DNA of 64,000 nucleotides, taken from Ptychomitrium polyphyllum. Lineage: Eukaryota. The stretch lies in contig OZ316776.1 of the NCBI GenBank assembly GCA_973851085.1, forward strand, positions 9,734,001-9,798,000, given 5' to 3'. Of this stretch, positions 12,307-24,691 are shown in pieces. The notes below the pieces were generated by a model, which had not been told where the DNA came from, did no database searches, and saw nothing but the letters and a program-made list of their open reading frames with translations. The stretch's first letter is position 1; each line of letters opens with the position of its first letter. The position numbers and the translations under genes are program-made.

Positions 12307-15300
12307 TCATGGATTCAAAGAAGTGTTGGTAAACCCCATTTGATCATCAAAATTAAATGAGTTATTGTCTGTCTGAGCATGTTTTGAGGACATTTTACGT
12401 TCAAGTGTCCTGAAGTGTTCTACAAGTGCTGCTTTCTGCTGACAAAAGGTTGCCGGCAGTTTCATCTTCGATAAAGATCGAAGGCTTTCTCTGAGCTTCG
12501 CTCGCTGCCGGCAACGTTTCACATTTGCCAGCAGTTTGCTCACAGCCAAAGATTGATTTCCTTGTGGTCCCCAATATTTAGGTTGTTGCCACAGGAGACT
12601 ATGTTGAGTCAAGGTAAATAGGCCACAGGAAGGGAGCAGGGTAGAATCTGGCAAAACAGATTACGACATGGGGGGTTTAAGGTTCAACAATCAAAAAAAT
12701 AATTTCAATAGAGAGAACCTATGCTCGGTCTTCATTCTTAATAAAACATTACCTGGTCGAACGGATGGGAAGCCATGAAACAAAACAAAGGTGTTAGTTA
12801 CCAAAGGCTTTTAAGAAATGAATACCTGGTCCTTCTGGCTTATCGTATACCCCATCATCTGCCCCATCATCTGCCTCATCATCTGGCTTACCATCTGCTC
12901 CTGTATCTGGCTCTCCGCAAGCACAACTCGCATCGTCCTGAAAAACAAAGCCATGCATGTCTTCGGCTGCCTTCTCTATGATCGTGGGAGGACCAGGACA
13001 TTTGACAGGCTGAGGGCAACTTCTTGGCCTGTTGCAGCTGTGACTCTGCAGAGACCAGAGAAACTAGAGTAGTTAGCAGTTTCATCGATTCCAAAATAAA
13101 TCTCTAGCCTGTGCAAGTCTGTCTTGTCAAATAAACAAGCTCACGTGTACACGTGGATGCGAGGCAGAATAGGGGGAAGACATTCAAGTTCGACGAGTAA
13201 AAATGACCTTCAAGTTGCTTCTGCGGCGAGGCTTGGTAAGGAACTCCGGGGCAAAAGTGCATTCCTGCATCTCAATTTTCTGTCTTTCCTTTCGCAAAGC
13301 TTCTACCTTCTGCTGTCTCTTCGCAGCGTCCTGAAGTATTATGTTGTACCACTCGTTACTTGTGCTGCGTTGTGTAAAGACACCAAAATCCTCGTCAGGA
13401 GCTTGTCTGTATAGTTCGTTGTGTACAAATAAATCTCATGCCAGTATAAAGACATGTTGGTGATTTCGACGATCTGAAATTGTGACTCCACTGACCTCTA
13501 TATTCTACCTCGACGTCCTAACCTAAGACGAGGCATATCACAATGCAAAATGTGCGGGCTCCTAACCACCAGTATCTACAATACTTATATCTGAGATTCT
13601 TGAATGGTCCGTCATTTCCAGAGGTACATGGACACAACATGCCGAGTAATTTGGAGAAAGCTCACGAGTAATTTCGTCTCTTGTTTGCAAGATCGGAAGC
13701 TACACCGCGTGGAACCTTGTAACCGAAAGTCATATTGCTGTTGTCAACGTGATTAACGTGCCTAAGAGTACCACGCACTGTAGAGCCCTTATGACATTTC
13801 TCCTACAGATATTTTCAAAGAGGACAAAAATTCAGAGACAATAGATGGTACGATTATCGGATAGTGTTCACATTAGTGCCCAATTTCAACAGGCATCATT
13901 ATTCAAACAAACTACTATAGTACCCTGATGCAGTAAACTTAAGTACATACCTCCATCTCGAGCATGAGACGATGAAAATCGTCGAATGATAAGCGCTGGT
14001 TCCCTTTGCCTAATTTGATGAGCATATTGATATCTTGAGCTGCATCAAAGCTCACTCTCCTTGTATCGACCTTACACAGCCGAATTGAACCATCCTGAGA
14101 TTGGGAAAAGGTAACATAAGTTCTTCCTTCGCAGAACTCGGGGCGTTCATTTGAAATAAACAATGGCGGTTGCCATTGTAACAGGAAACATAAGACACTA
14201 TCCGTCAAATTAAAAAGTTTAGCGATTAGAGACCAAATGCTTTATTAATCCACAGCCGAATTCCATTTTCCTGTTCATAATTAATTAGTGGGCACATATC
14301 TTCATCAGCAGCATGTGAAGTGTCAATACAACAAAGGGATAAATACTGAAATCCTCACTTCCTGGTACCGGAGGAAACATTCTGGCAACAGCGAATTGAG
14401 CAATGAGTTCTTACCTTGTCAGTGTCAAGAGCATCAAAAAAATTCTTGAAAGCACGAGGCTTTAATTGAGTCAATAATTTCTGGGAATTGGGGGTAACAA
14501 AGCTACACTTGGCTTGATCTCTTACAGCCTGTTCTTTCTTGTCCACCATAGCCTCTATCTTAACTTGGCGTGCGCCTTGCATCTCATGTAGAAAAACTCC
14601 TAGTGGCAGATTCTTAGGATTTCTCTGCAAGTTTTACATTAATTATGGTGTTCAAAACTCTTGTTCAATAGGTAACCATGCATTACAGAAGCTACAACGG
14701 TGGCCCATGAAAATTAAAGCGGCCTTTTAAAAAACATCTGTCGAAATACATTCACCATCAAGTCTATTAGAGCATTAACCAGATTACCAACCGATGTCCG
14801 TGAGATGCTACGAAAATCAATCAAAGGAAAATAAGGAAATGCTTACAGCAGTCTGGGGATTTCGTCCAGTCTGAGGTGTGAACAGCTCCCGACCGGTAGT
14901 TTTATCAATTAGTACATCGCATCGTATGCTATCCTGCTCCATTGCCTTCTTTTCGTTCCATCTCTTAGAGCTCAGTGACAATCGATCAAACACTGATACT
15001 TGGCACCCCTCCTCTCCGAGGAACTCTTCATCGTTGATTCTTCTGTTAATGGCTGGTTGAAAGGTCAACCTGCAAACTAGTCGACAGAATACGTAAGAGG
15101 ATGCTACTTAAATCGATGATTCTCTTTCAAAGAGTAAGGTACTGCCAAACAATATTTGGATCATTATATATTCTGGAAGAACTGAAACAAGTTGTTTCTA
15201 TAATTCTAGTATTTGTACACTTGAATGCCTTACGCAGTTTGCGTATATTCAGGAATTTAAGCATGAAGCATTTAATACATAATCCTGAAAATACAATAAT

Positions 15301-18300
15301 GAGAGCCAGGGATGAAATGTCTTGCTAACCCTTCGGGATACCAATCTGCATACTGTCGCTGGCGCCGACGACGGCTTTCAGAATCAAAAAAGAGCTGATC
15401 GAATCGTGATATATTGGCATTTGTTGGCTCATTCGCACAAGGATTAATCTGCGGTATGAAAGTGCACTCTGCCATTCGAGCTTCCATCATCTGTTGACAG
15501 TACGATCAAACGTCATAAGATTCAACCATACGTGAAAAAAAATAAAAACTTCTGCTAGAAACTGACAAGTAACTTTTGACCAGCCATTTAGGCACCTTCA
15601 TTGATAATTGAGATGAATCGGAAGGTGAGTCTCTAGATAGTAATCTTAGAGTCCGGTTCTGTCAGTACTCATAAATAATTACAAAAAGTGTGTGTCACGA
15701 AAAACGTAATACACATAAGGCGCCTAACTGTGTGTCACATCCCAATGACAGTGTGGACACACTCTGTGACTTAGTACCTTAATCAAATAATGAATAATGT
15801 TACTAGTTCCCTCAAAAGGCATTCTTGCAACCAGACAGTGGTTTTAGTAACGCCCGAGCACATGAGGAACTTAAGAAATGCTTTGCTAAGCATTAGAATC
15901 AGCAAATATACCTGACTCCGAATGTAATCATAATTGAATTTCTCAGCGGCAAGCTTATGCCAGACATCCTCCTTTGCCCGCCGCATGTGCCTTGCTCGCT
16001 CGCTTCATATGCACGACTTCAAAATCAGCAACTTTAGACTTTCACGAAAGAGAATGCGCCAAACTTCATAAGACACAATCGTCCATCTTTTCCGCCAATC
16101 AGAAATAATCTGAACCCTAGAGAGACGCATACCTGACACTAGTAGAACATCACACAAGTAGATAGTCGAATGAACAAACAAATTACACATTGTCAGTTCG
16201 ATAGAATTGCTTATACCACCACCGTATATCATTGACCACGGCAATCATGACCATTAGGACCAGAGTCATCCACTTCAAGAAGCGACTTAATGGCCAAAGT
16301 CTGTGACAGTTACTCTGATGCAAAGCTCAAGCGCAGACTTAATGACTGAAAGTAACTATGATCGACAACCAGACTGAACACAAACATCCATTGTAGGCAA
16401 GTAATGAAGTACCTTATCTTAGGCATTCCAGTGAAGCCAATCATCTCCACTTCTTCATCTTCCTTCTTTTTCTTCTCTATTTCCTTTAGAAGTTTCTCCT
16501 TCACAATGAGTCCTTCCGCATACAAAAGTTCACCATAATTTCTATACTTTTTAGCAATTTCGGACCGCTTCTTGTATATTCTCCATGATTTCTGTATAAC
16601 ACAAAAATCAATGCTCAAACAAGAATAACATTCAATAAGATCTGTCAGATGAAAGAGGAAAAAACCGACAATGAGGAACATTGACAGTTTCTAATCCTTC
16701 CCAGGCATCTCTTTGTAACCCCCTAGTTATCAACGTAGGTGTCACAAAGTTGCCCTAGGTCTGAGCAACTTTTCCTCAACAATGAAGATCAATAGCCCCA
16801 TAAGATCAAACCTGGCTTGTAGCTCCTGGTATTAGTCTATCGGTCAGGATACAGCGTATCAAATATACTACAAGTTTGACATTTGCAATTCATCACCAGA
16901 AGCAGGTCTAAAGGATAGAGTTATGTGGAATGAATCCTATATGAAACATTGCATATATAAAGGAGAGTGGAGGATAGTCTGATTTTGTAAAGTACCTTGG
17001 GACCTCTAATCTTTGTCCTATCAACTTTTTCGGTATACCGCTTCACGTTCTGTCGCCACATTTGTATGTATCTCTTCTTGCGATCCAAAAAGTCATCATA
17101 CAATCGCAAGCAGCTGACCTTCTGTTTGTCAGTGTCACAAACGTTTAAGAGGAGACGTGAGAAATATTATATCTCTCCAGCACCATCTGCGAATAGCAAC
17201 TTCTGCAAAGACAATATTAAGTGTTGTATGATAAAACTTTCTCGATGTGAGTGAACGCAACAATGACTTCTGGATTTTTTGGTACAATTAGACACAATAT
17301 TAAGCAGAGTGAAACGGTAGACTTAACCGCGATGTCAGACATACAACACTTTCTGCGTTTCATGTTTTCCATCTTCAAATCTTTGAATGATCTACGTGAA
17401 TGAGTAGGACATTGCAGCCGCTGAGCAAGCATAGTCCTTGACTTCATCAAAGTCCTTTGTGATAACATAAGCAACCCCCCAGAAGAAAGCCTGTCGACAA
17501 TTTGAGATTGCGCCAATGGAGTTGCGGAGTCTGAATCTTGATATTGGCCTCCAGAATCTCCTGTAAATTTCTTTTCATGACTTGAGTCGTTCTCATCAGG
17601 ATAATTACCTGGAGTTGTTTGCTGAAGCCTAGCTTCATACGCTGCACGCTCTTCTGTTGAGCAGAAAATTATGTTTTTGTCTTTCTTGCTGTCCGTGCCA
17701 AGTAACATACATAAGAAAGAATGTTGCAGTTAAGCGCACCTTTCAGACCTACTCCTTCCAGAAATGAACTATAAATAGGCTTTTCAGATTTTTTAAATCT
17801 TTAAATTGAAAGGAGGAACATATTGTTCTAACCACAATCAAATAGGTATCCTATGAAAGTCAAAAAAGTGTTCCAGATTTTGCAATAGTGGATAACAGAG
17901 CTCATCGAACACACCTGATATTTATAATATTATTGAGGATATGCTCTGTAAGTGGCGCAACAAAATCATCAGGAAGAGAATAGTTGAGACAGAAAGTTGT
18001 CGCCACTCCCTCAGCTGAATCGCCTTCCTTCATCTGAATATGTCCACTACATCCATCCCCGATCTCCACAGTGATGGCAAGCAAGGTTTTCCGGTTGCAT
18101 TCATTTTCTGATGAAACAAAATAGGTGCTGAACAACGTTAATATCGCCAACTTCCCTTAGGAGCAGTCTATTGCCTGACTTGGTCCAAATCGTATCTACT
18201 TTCCTCACTGACGAAACTCTTTCAAGGAAGAAATGTGTAACTTCAACACTCAGCTACTGAATCAGGTTTTTTGACTTCAAAAAACGTAATGAAATCAACA

Positions 18301-18817
18301 CCTCGGGATCATCCTCATGCGAACACTAAATCCATCATGAACATATTAACTATTTGAAACACAAGTTGGAATCAGCACGTACCTTTGTTACTATTATGCT
18401 GTTTTGTGAGTTTCTCGGACTTATTAGATTTCTGCACAACAAAATTCACAAAGCTCAACAGAGCACAGTTGTTAATGTACACGGAAACTTGACGAAGAGA
18501 TTTAATACCTCCACACAAGCACCTAAAGCAGAATGAACCATGCGAGTTATAGGAGAGCAATGGAGCTCAGGCATTTGCCCTAGTTATAATATCCCCAAAT
18601 CAAGAATGGTTCATTCAGTTACCACTTCTCGACACTAGGTATCCTGCATCAGCAATTAAACACACAACCTGCGAATCCACAACTTAACATTGAAGTCAGG
18701 AAAACTGGTATTCTGACTTCGTACCTGGTATGTTGAACTCGTAGATCTGCTGCTGGTCAGAGCGGCTCTAGAGTCCTCCCCACACGCATTAATACTACTA
18801 TTGGACGTTACCGACAT
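12307..18817 (-). CDS. Multi-exon uncharacterised protein: N-terminal LAITVEIGDG...FC domain, charged helical segments, repeated (EC)TFxPxI motifs and EF-hand-like segments; may extend to ~11495
   Basis: Phase-consistent 5' exons: 18817-18725 (MSVTSN...YQ), ~18431-18383, ~18107-17915. Further coding exons at ~17.0, 16.5, 15.95, 15.4 (ECTFIPQIN), 15.0 (TFQPAIN, TGRELFTPQTGRNP), 14.5 (RNPKNLPLG, FDALDTDK), 14.0 (DGSIRL, LSFDDF), 13.3 (ECTFAPEF), 12.9 and 12.5 kb. The 3' end is uncertain. Confidence 0.75.
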
Positions 18818-21069
18818 GGTTGCCGTAGCTATTCAGGCCCTTTGGAAGAACATACTGCAGATGTTTCCTGTCCAAGCACAAAGCTTAGGTTCAAAGAAGT
18901 TTTTCAATTACAAGGTTGCTATCTGAAATTCTGTCACGATTTTCGTTCCATCACCCAGGCATAGGGGTTTTACAACCCAAGAACCAGTTAATAAGGATGC
19001 GATATAGTTAGGTGAATACTCATAAGCCCTGTTATATCTCTCCAACATACTCTAGAAATGTAATATTACATTACTCCAATCATGTAACATACTTTAGGAC
19101 GACAATGTTAGAGCAATGTAATGTTGGTTCACAAACCCACTTCAGCATCTATGTTTAGCCAGACTATTCCTTTTCGCTTCCCCGTATTTTGCAGTGAATT
19201 CTTTGCCATGGATACAAGGCGATACGGCTACACATCTCTCTCTCTGCCCAAAACTCTCAGCATCTCTCGTTCGTGTTAACCAAACTCAGTGCCGTTCGAA
19301 AGTTCCTCACCTTCAGTAACCAGGAAGAATGCATCTCCTAATTCCCTAACGCTTTCAATTTCCTATGCATACTGATGGACTCGTTTGACGTTTCAAATTC
19401 TGACCCCTCTCATATTCCCCTTTTAAAACCTTCTCAAGTTTGTCAATTACGTACTTATAATTTCATACCGACATCTAAGGAGAGAGTTTAACATCGTGAA
19501 TCTTGTGCTTAACTGGATGCACAATGCTGATGCGCATCTCAACTCTTTTCTAGCGCTGAAGAGCAATCTGAAGCGTTTAAACTGGTACAAGTCGTGCCAT
19601 CCAAAGGCGCAGAACGACACAATGAAAAACTATTCTCAAACTACAGAATAAGAGTGACTCGAACTACCAGCCAGGGGCGCGATAATGTCACTCGCTATGA
19701 CAGCGCTACAAAGATATTTTTCCAATACGAACTGCATAGGAGATGAAAAAGGGTCTGAGAATACCTTATTAAAAAAAACTGAATTGCCTAACCTCAAATT
19801 GTCCCTGGACTCAGCCACATTGCTCCTGCTTGAGATACAGTCGTTGCACACTACAGAAACACTATCAACGCAAGACGTTGGATGTCAAATGCAACTGGCA
19901 GGCTACAAATTCTCGCTAGTGAGGGGTACGAAGAGTCCGACACGGACTCTGCAAGTATGTAGAAGTCACGAAAACCACCAAGCCAGACGAAAGCCACGCA
20001 CAAGAAGCAAGCAAAGAAACGACTTCGCAGCACTCTTTGCTTCTGACTACAAGAAATGTATCTGCAATTCATCAGTCACACAGAAAACCTTAGGAGCCCC
20101 TCTGAAAGGGTCAGGTGAGCAGGCAGTGACTGCGTGAAGAGGTGCAACTATTACGAGAAAAACACGAGCATAAAATACACAAACGTTTACAAGAGCTACC
20201 CTACCCTTTGGCAACCAGCTCGCCATTCAAATAAGCAGTTCGCGTAACCCTGCATATGAAATATTTCGTCATCCATAAAGTCTTTGGCTTAATTGGTGCA
20301 GCTACAAACTATTAGAGCCCAAAGCACGTTTTTCTAATTTCGAGCTCGATAGGCGTTTCAATCATATGCGGATATAAACTACTTCTATCACCACAACAAA
20401 ACTACCATGTTCTAGCTCAAATGTAGTGGGTTTCTTCAACGACGGAGGTATGATACGTCACAAGAGAAATGTTGACAAGAAAAATGTATCCATCCAATGT
20501 AGAAGGATTTTGTTGTTCCGAATCATGTCAGGCAAAGGGCTAGATGTTCCATACTCAGCTATTCCCAGCATAACCATGTCAAGCAAACATTTACATTCCA
20601 GTGCTGGTTCACCTTCACCCAAAGGAAGTGCCGCATTCGCCACTTATAAGTTCGAAGATAACGAGGCCTTATCTTACACCACAGTACGTCACTTTCGGCA
20701 ATTTCATGTCAGTGCCAATATAATCCGAAAATTGCACGATCGGTGGTTAGTGAAAGCATTCGGAATTATCCAAAAAATCTCGTCGTGTACATTCAAGTTG
20801 CCAACGAAACCGGAAAGTTTCAAGGAATGCTACGAATGCGAAGGTTTGAGAACACGCACGTAGAGTGAGCAACACAAATTAGGTCAGAATACAACACACA
20901 CGATATCAAAAGGTTCATGTCATAAAAAATTATCCACTGTGAATTACTCCGAATTAACTCAGTACCTACACAATGGGAATATGATAAGAGAAATCTACGA
21001 AAAAGTCAACAGAAATTTTGCTTAATCTTCAACTACAGTTTGGATTTACATGGGGTTGCATTGCCTAGC

Positions 21070-22260
21070 TTACACAGGCATGCAAACGTCAATCGTAAAT
21101 GAAGAACCAAACAATTGACCTCCTTTACTAATGCTATATGGTGCAATAGGCTGCCACTGATCTGCTACTTCGTCGTGCACTACAACGTGACCCAGATATG
21201 ATACAAAGCAGATTGACTGGTCAAACACCATGGTGACCCAAGAATCCAGAGAAACCCTATGAGAGCTTCCAAACAAGAGGTTGAATACTGACAACGGCAG
21301 CTCCGCTACTCGAGCACATTCACCTGCTGGAATGCGGATCTCTGAAATATCGAGGTTCAATACATACCTAGAAGGTTGACCGCCAGTTTCTTTGCACGGA
21401 GTAACTAAATACAATCGTGATTTTGCCACTAAGAGCTGACCCGTCACAAAAAACCTTGGAAAGTGAACCCGGACATCGGTCCACATGTCTTCCGTCATCT
21501 TGTATGCCATTAACATATGGTTCTGCGCCACAATATCATAAAAAAGCGCATGAAAAGTCCCATTGTACAGCAGACCTGAAAGAGGACGGCTGGACTGAAA
21601 AATGCGAGACGGATAACTGCATAGCCTCCAGGAATCCAGAGCGGAGTCGTAAATTTGGAACAAGGGCTCCGTTGCAGTGTGACTCTCAAACCCAAGCACA
21701 AAGATTCTGAGCGCGCTAGTTTTACCGTCCACCACCATGTGCACAACCGTGCGGATGGCCATATGTATCACCATGGGAGGCAGATATCTCCAGGTCTTCG
21801 CAACAGGATTACAAATCACCACAGCTTTCACTTTCTCATTCTTGGAAGCTGACCAAACCGCCAGCAAGCTCTCCTCCGCAGCTTCAATCTTATAATTCTT
21901 AACGCCAATGGCAGAAAACGCAGCGCGAAGGACCACGACGTCAATCACCGACCACTTGCTTTCATCCCTGTCGTACATCGCAACAAGCTTGTGGCCATTG
22001 GAAACTAAAACGGTCGACTTCTTCTGATGCAGTCCAGTACGAAGCTCCCGAAAACTAGAACTCGTGGGTAAGGAACGCCACGCCTTGCAAACAGTACGAA
22101 ATCTGCACAACGATCTCTCTGGCAAGCAGGCCAGCACCCTCTCCCAGATGTCGGGCGGGAGCGCGCTCCACAAAAGACTTTCAAATTCTACCATCTCCAC
22201 GTTCATCACCTCTCCAAACACACTGTATACCTCACCCGCTTTAGAGAAAATGCTCCACAC
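21070..22260 (-). CDS. F-box protein (F-box plus kelch/F-box-associated-like C-terminal region); single coding exon, likely ATG at 22206
   Basis: 396-aa ORF with F-box motif LWSALPPDIWERVLACLP..SLCRFRTVCKAW. Also has ICNPVAKTWRYLPPM and IYDSALDSW, typical of plant F-box proteins. Confidence 0.92.
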   Translation of the reverse strand: MWSIFSKAGEVYSVFGEVMNVEMVEFESLLWSALPPDIWERVLACLPERSLCRFRTVCKAWRSLPTSSSFRELRTGLHQKKSTVLVSNGHKLVAMYDRDESKWSVIDVVVLRAAFSAIGVKNYKIEAAEESLLAVWSASKNEKVKAVVICNPVAKTWRYLPPMVIHMAIRTVVHMVVDGKTSALRIFVLGFESHTATEPLFQIYDSALDSWRLCSYPSRIFQSSRPLSGLLYNGTFHALFYDIVAQNHMLMAYKMTEDMWTDVRVHFPRFFVTGQLLVAKSRLYLVTPCKETGGQPSRYVLNLDISEIRIPAGECARVAELPLSVFNLLFGSSHRVSLDSWVTMVFDQSICFVSYLGHVVVHDEVADQWQPIAPYSISKGGQLFGSSFTIDVCMPV

Positions 22261-24691
22261 CGCAACTGCAGAATCTCCACCCTTATAACTGTCACTTTAC
22301 AGTATGCTGTCTGCTTACCCTTTGAGTGACGTATCCAGGGTTTCCTTCTCGCAATCAATCAATCAAACAAACCCAAATCGACTGCGTCGAGTTACAAACA
22401 CAAACTCTGCCGAAACCGAGCAGAACTGTTCCCTGTAATTGTCAGATGCTTCCAAATTCCACAGCACTCAACAATATGCTATCCGCTTAATTACCATTTG
22501 CCCGACGCTTCTATCTCAATCATCCAAACCCTGACATTGCGTCCCATCACAGAACACAACCCGTGCCAAATCCTGGCACACACTATAACTGTCATATGCT
22601 TCCGAACTCCAAACTGAATGCATTATTCTGCCAAGTAGTGAAGCAAACTAATTCACCGTTCAAGAGAAGCCGCGGGTGGTGCAACCTCCATGTTCACGCC
22701 TGCGTTCAAACCAAGAAGTGAGTCCAGAGATGAATGAAAAACTGAGGCCCATGGGAGTTAAGTTAGTGGGAATAAAAGTGGCCATAGGAATGGAGATTGA
22801 GAGGAGGAGGATGATAGTCAGGACGAGAGAGCGACTAAAGGCAATCAAATTCAATTGATGGCAACTTCTGTAAGGGGCTCTCCTACAAGCTTACTGCGTG
22901 GCCATCAGTAACTGTCATCCACCACCACCAGCCTCCGGGTGAGGTGCAGCTCACAGGCTCTACAGCTAAGGAGTGCATGCCTAACACCGCCATTACATTC
23001 AAAACCGACATTCTCCACCAGTGGATACACTTCACTTCATGGAGTTTAAAACATGCTCATTAGAATTCCAAACTCAATGAGTTTCTCAAGTCGTCAAGCA
23101 AACAAATCTACCGTTCCATTGAAGACTCTCGGTAAAGTCCCAGGGGCTGCGATCTCCATGTCAGCACGTCCACACCCGAGTTGTTTCAAATCAGGAGTTG
23201 AGTTAAGAAACGAAGAGATGAAATAAAAAAGTGACGGCCCTGTGAGTTGTATTCAGTTAGTTGGAAGCGTACAGCCGAGTTTACAAACAATAGTAGCACT
23301 AGAGTAAAATGCTTAACCCTTGGGCGAGCATACACAGAGATGACATAGGTTACTGCTCTTCGAATGCGACCTGGAGGCGGTATACACAAAACTCTCTCCT
23401 ACACAAAATCGGACCTGCCTCCATAATTGTCAGAGTACAAACCTAGAATATTGTGGGCACCAAAAAGGCTTCCACAAAGGCCTCCACTCTGCATCTTCTT
23501 TCGTAGTGTTCAAGAGGCCACATGATCAGTAACTCACATATATTCTGCTAAAAACTGCTTCCTCACTGCATATGTCGGTTGATGTTGCCTTGAAAAGTGC
23601 GTTGCTTGTTGTCACATGAGTAAGAACCCAGGACATGATTTAAACGTCAAGTACACGCCAACGTACTATGCTATCTGACCGGCCAGTGAATGCTCACTTG
23701 CAAAAACACCGGGATTAGTCTCGAGACTAAAACCACGAGGAGACACCTGCAGTTTTTCAAATATGACAATAAAGAAGTTACGTAGTTTCCCAAAACTCTT
23801 CTGACGAGTTGTCATAATCAAACATGAGAAAACCGGCATCATTGTCACTTCGTCACTTCAACATCCTCGTAATCTTGAAGACGAGGATAATTCAGCCATC
23901 TCTGCATGTTAATTGGCATTTCATTGACTATTTCCCAAAGCAACTCCTCGCCAGTATCATTGATCTTAGTGTGATCCACAACCCCCACACACTAATCAAG
24001 TGAGCCAATATGGAGAAGCCGTCCTCGTCCTCGTCCTCGCCCAACCCATGGTACAATTTTCTTCAATTGTCACAGTAAATGTGCAGCAGCTTCTTCAATG
24101 CACGCATGGCCGTCAATCCCACACATACAGAAGCACGCAGACTTTGCCACAAGAGAGATGCTTAAGCCAACACAGACGACTCCTAACCAACCAGAAGCAC
24201 TCCATGGGAGCTACCTACCCTTCACTACTGCATGCAGTCCAAATCCATCGGCAATGCTGCCTTCAACTATGATCACTCTCCCAAGCAAACTCCAATCTCT
24301 ACTCACATCACCATACTCGCATCTCCAGATGACAATACCATGCTACACAAATCGCTCACCGAGTGACGTGACACCACATCGGAGCAATCTCAACAGTGGG
24401 CGTTTCTCCAATTCACTGTATTCTCTTCCTCACAGCTTCAAGTTTTCAAGCTTCTACAGCACGCTTCGGCTTCTGGTAATAGGCCCCACTATGAAACGAT
24501 ACTAGGTCCCTGACAACATGCCTGCAAGAAATGTACCCTGAATGTAGATCCAAGACCAACAGAATGGTAAACCCAGAACCCTAGTTTTCTGAGTCGAAGC
24601 TGTTGAGCTCTTGTTTTGAACTCTGGGTCTGATTGGAGTTAAGTTGTGGGATTGTCATCTTTGTTAGAAGTTTTGTTCTGCGGTAGCGGCG

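Noticed and set aside
19685..20863. Plus-strand ORFs of 150 and 145 aa
   Set aside because: They have no recognisable motifs or exon structure and lie in probable UTR/promoter sequence between two minus-strand genes.
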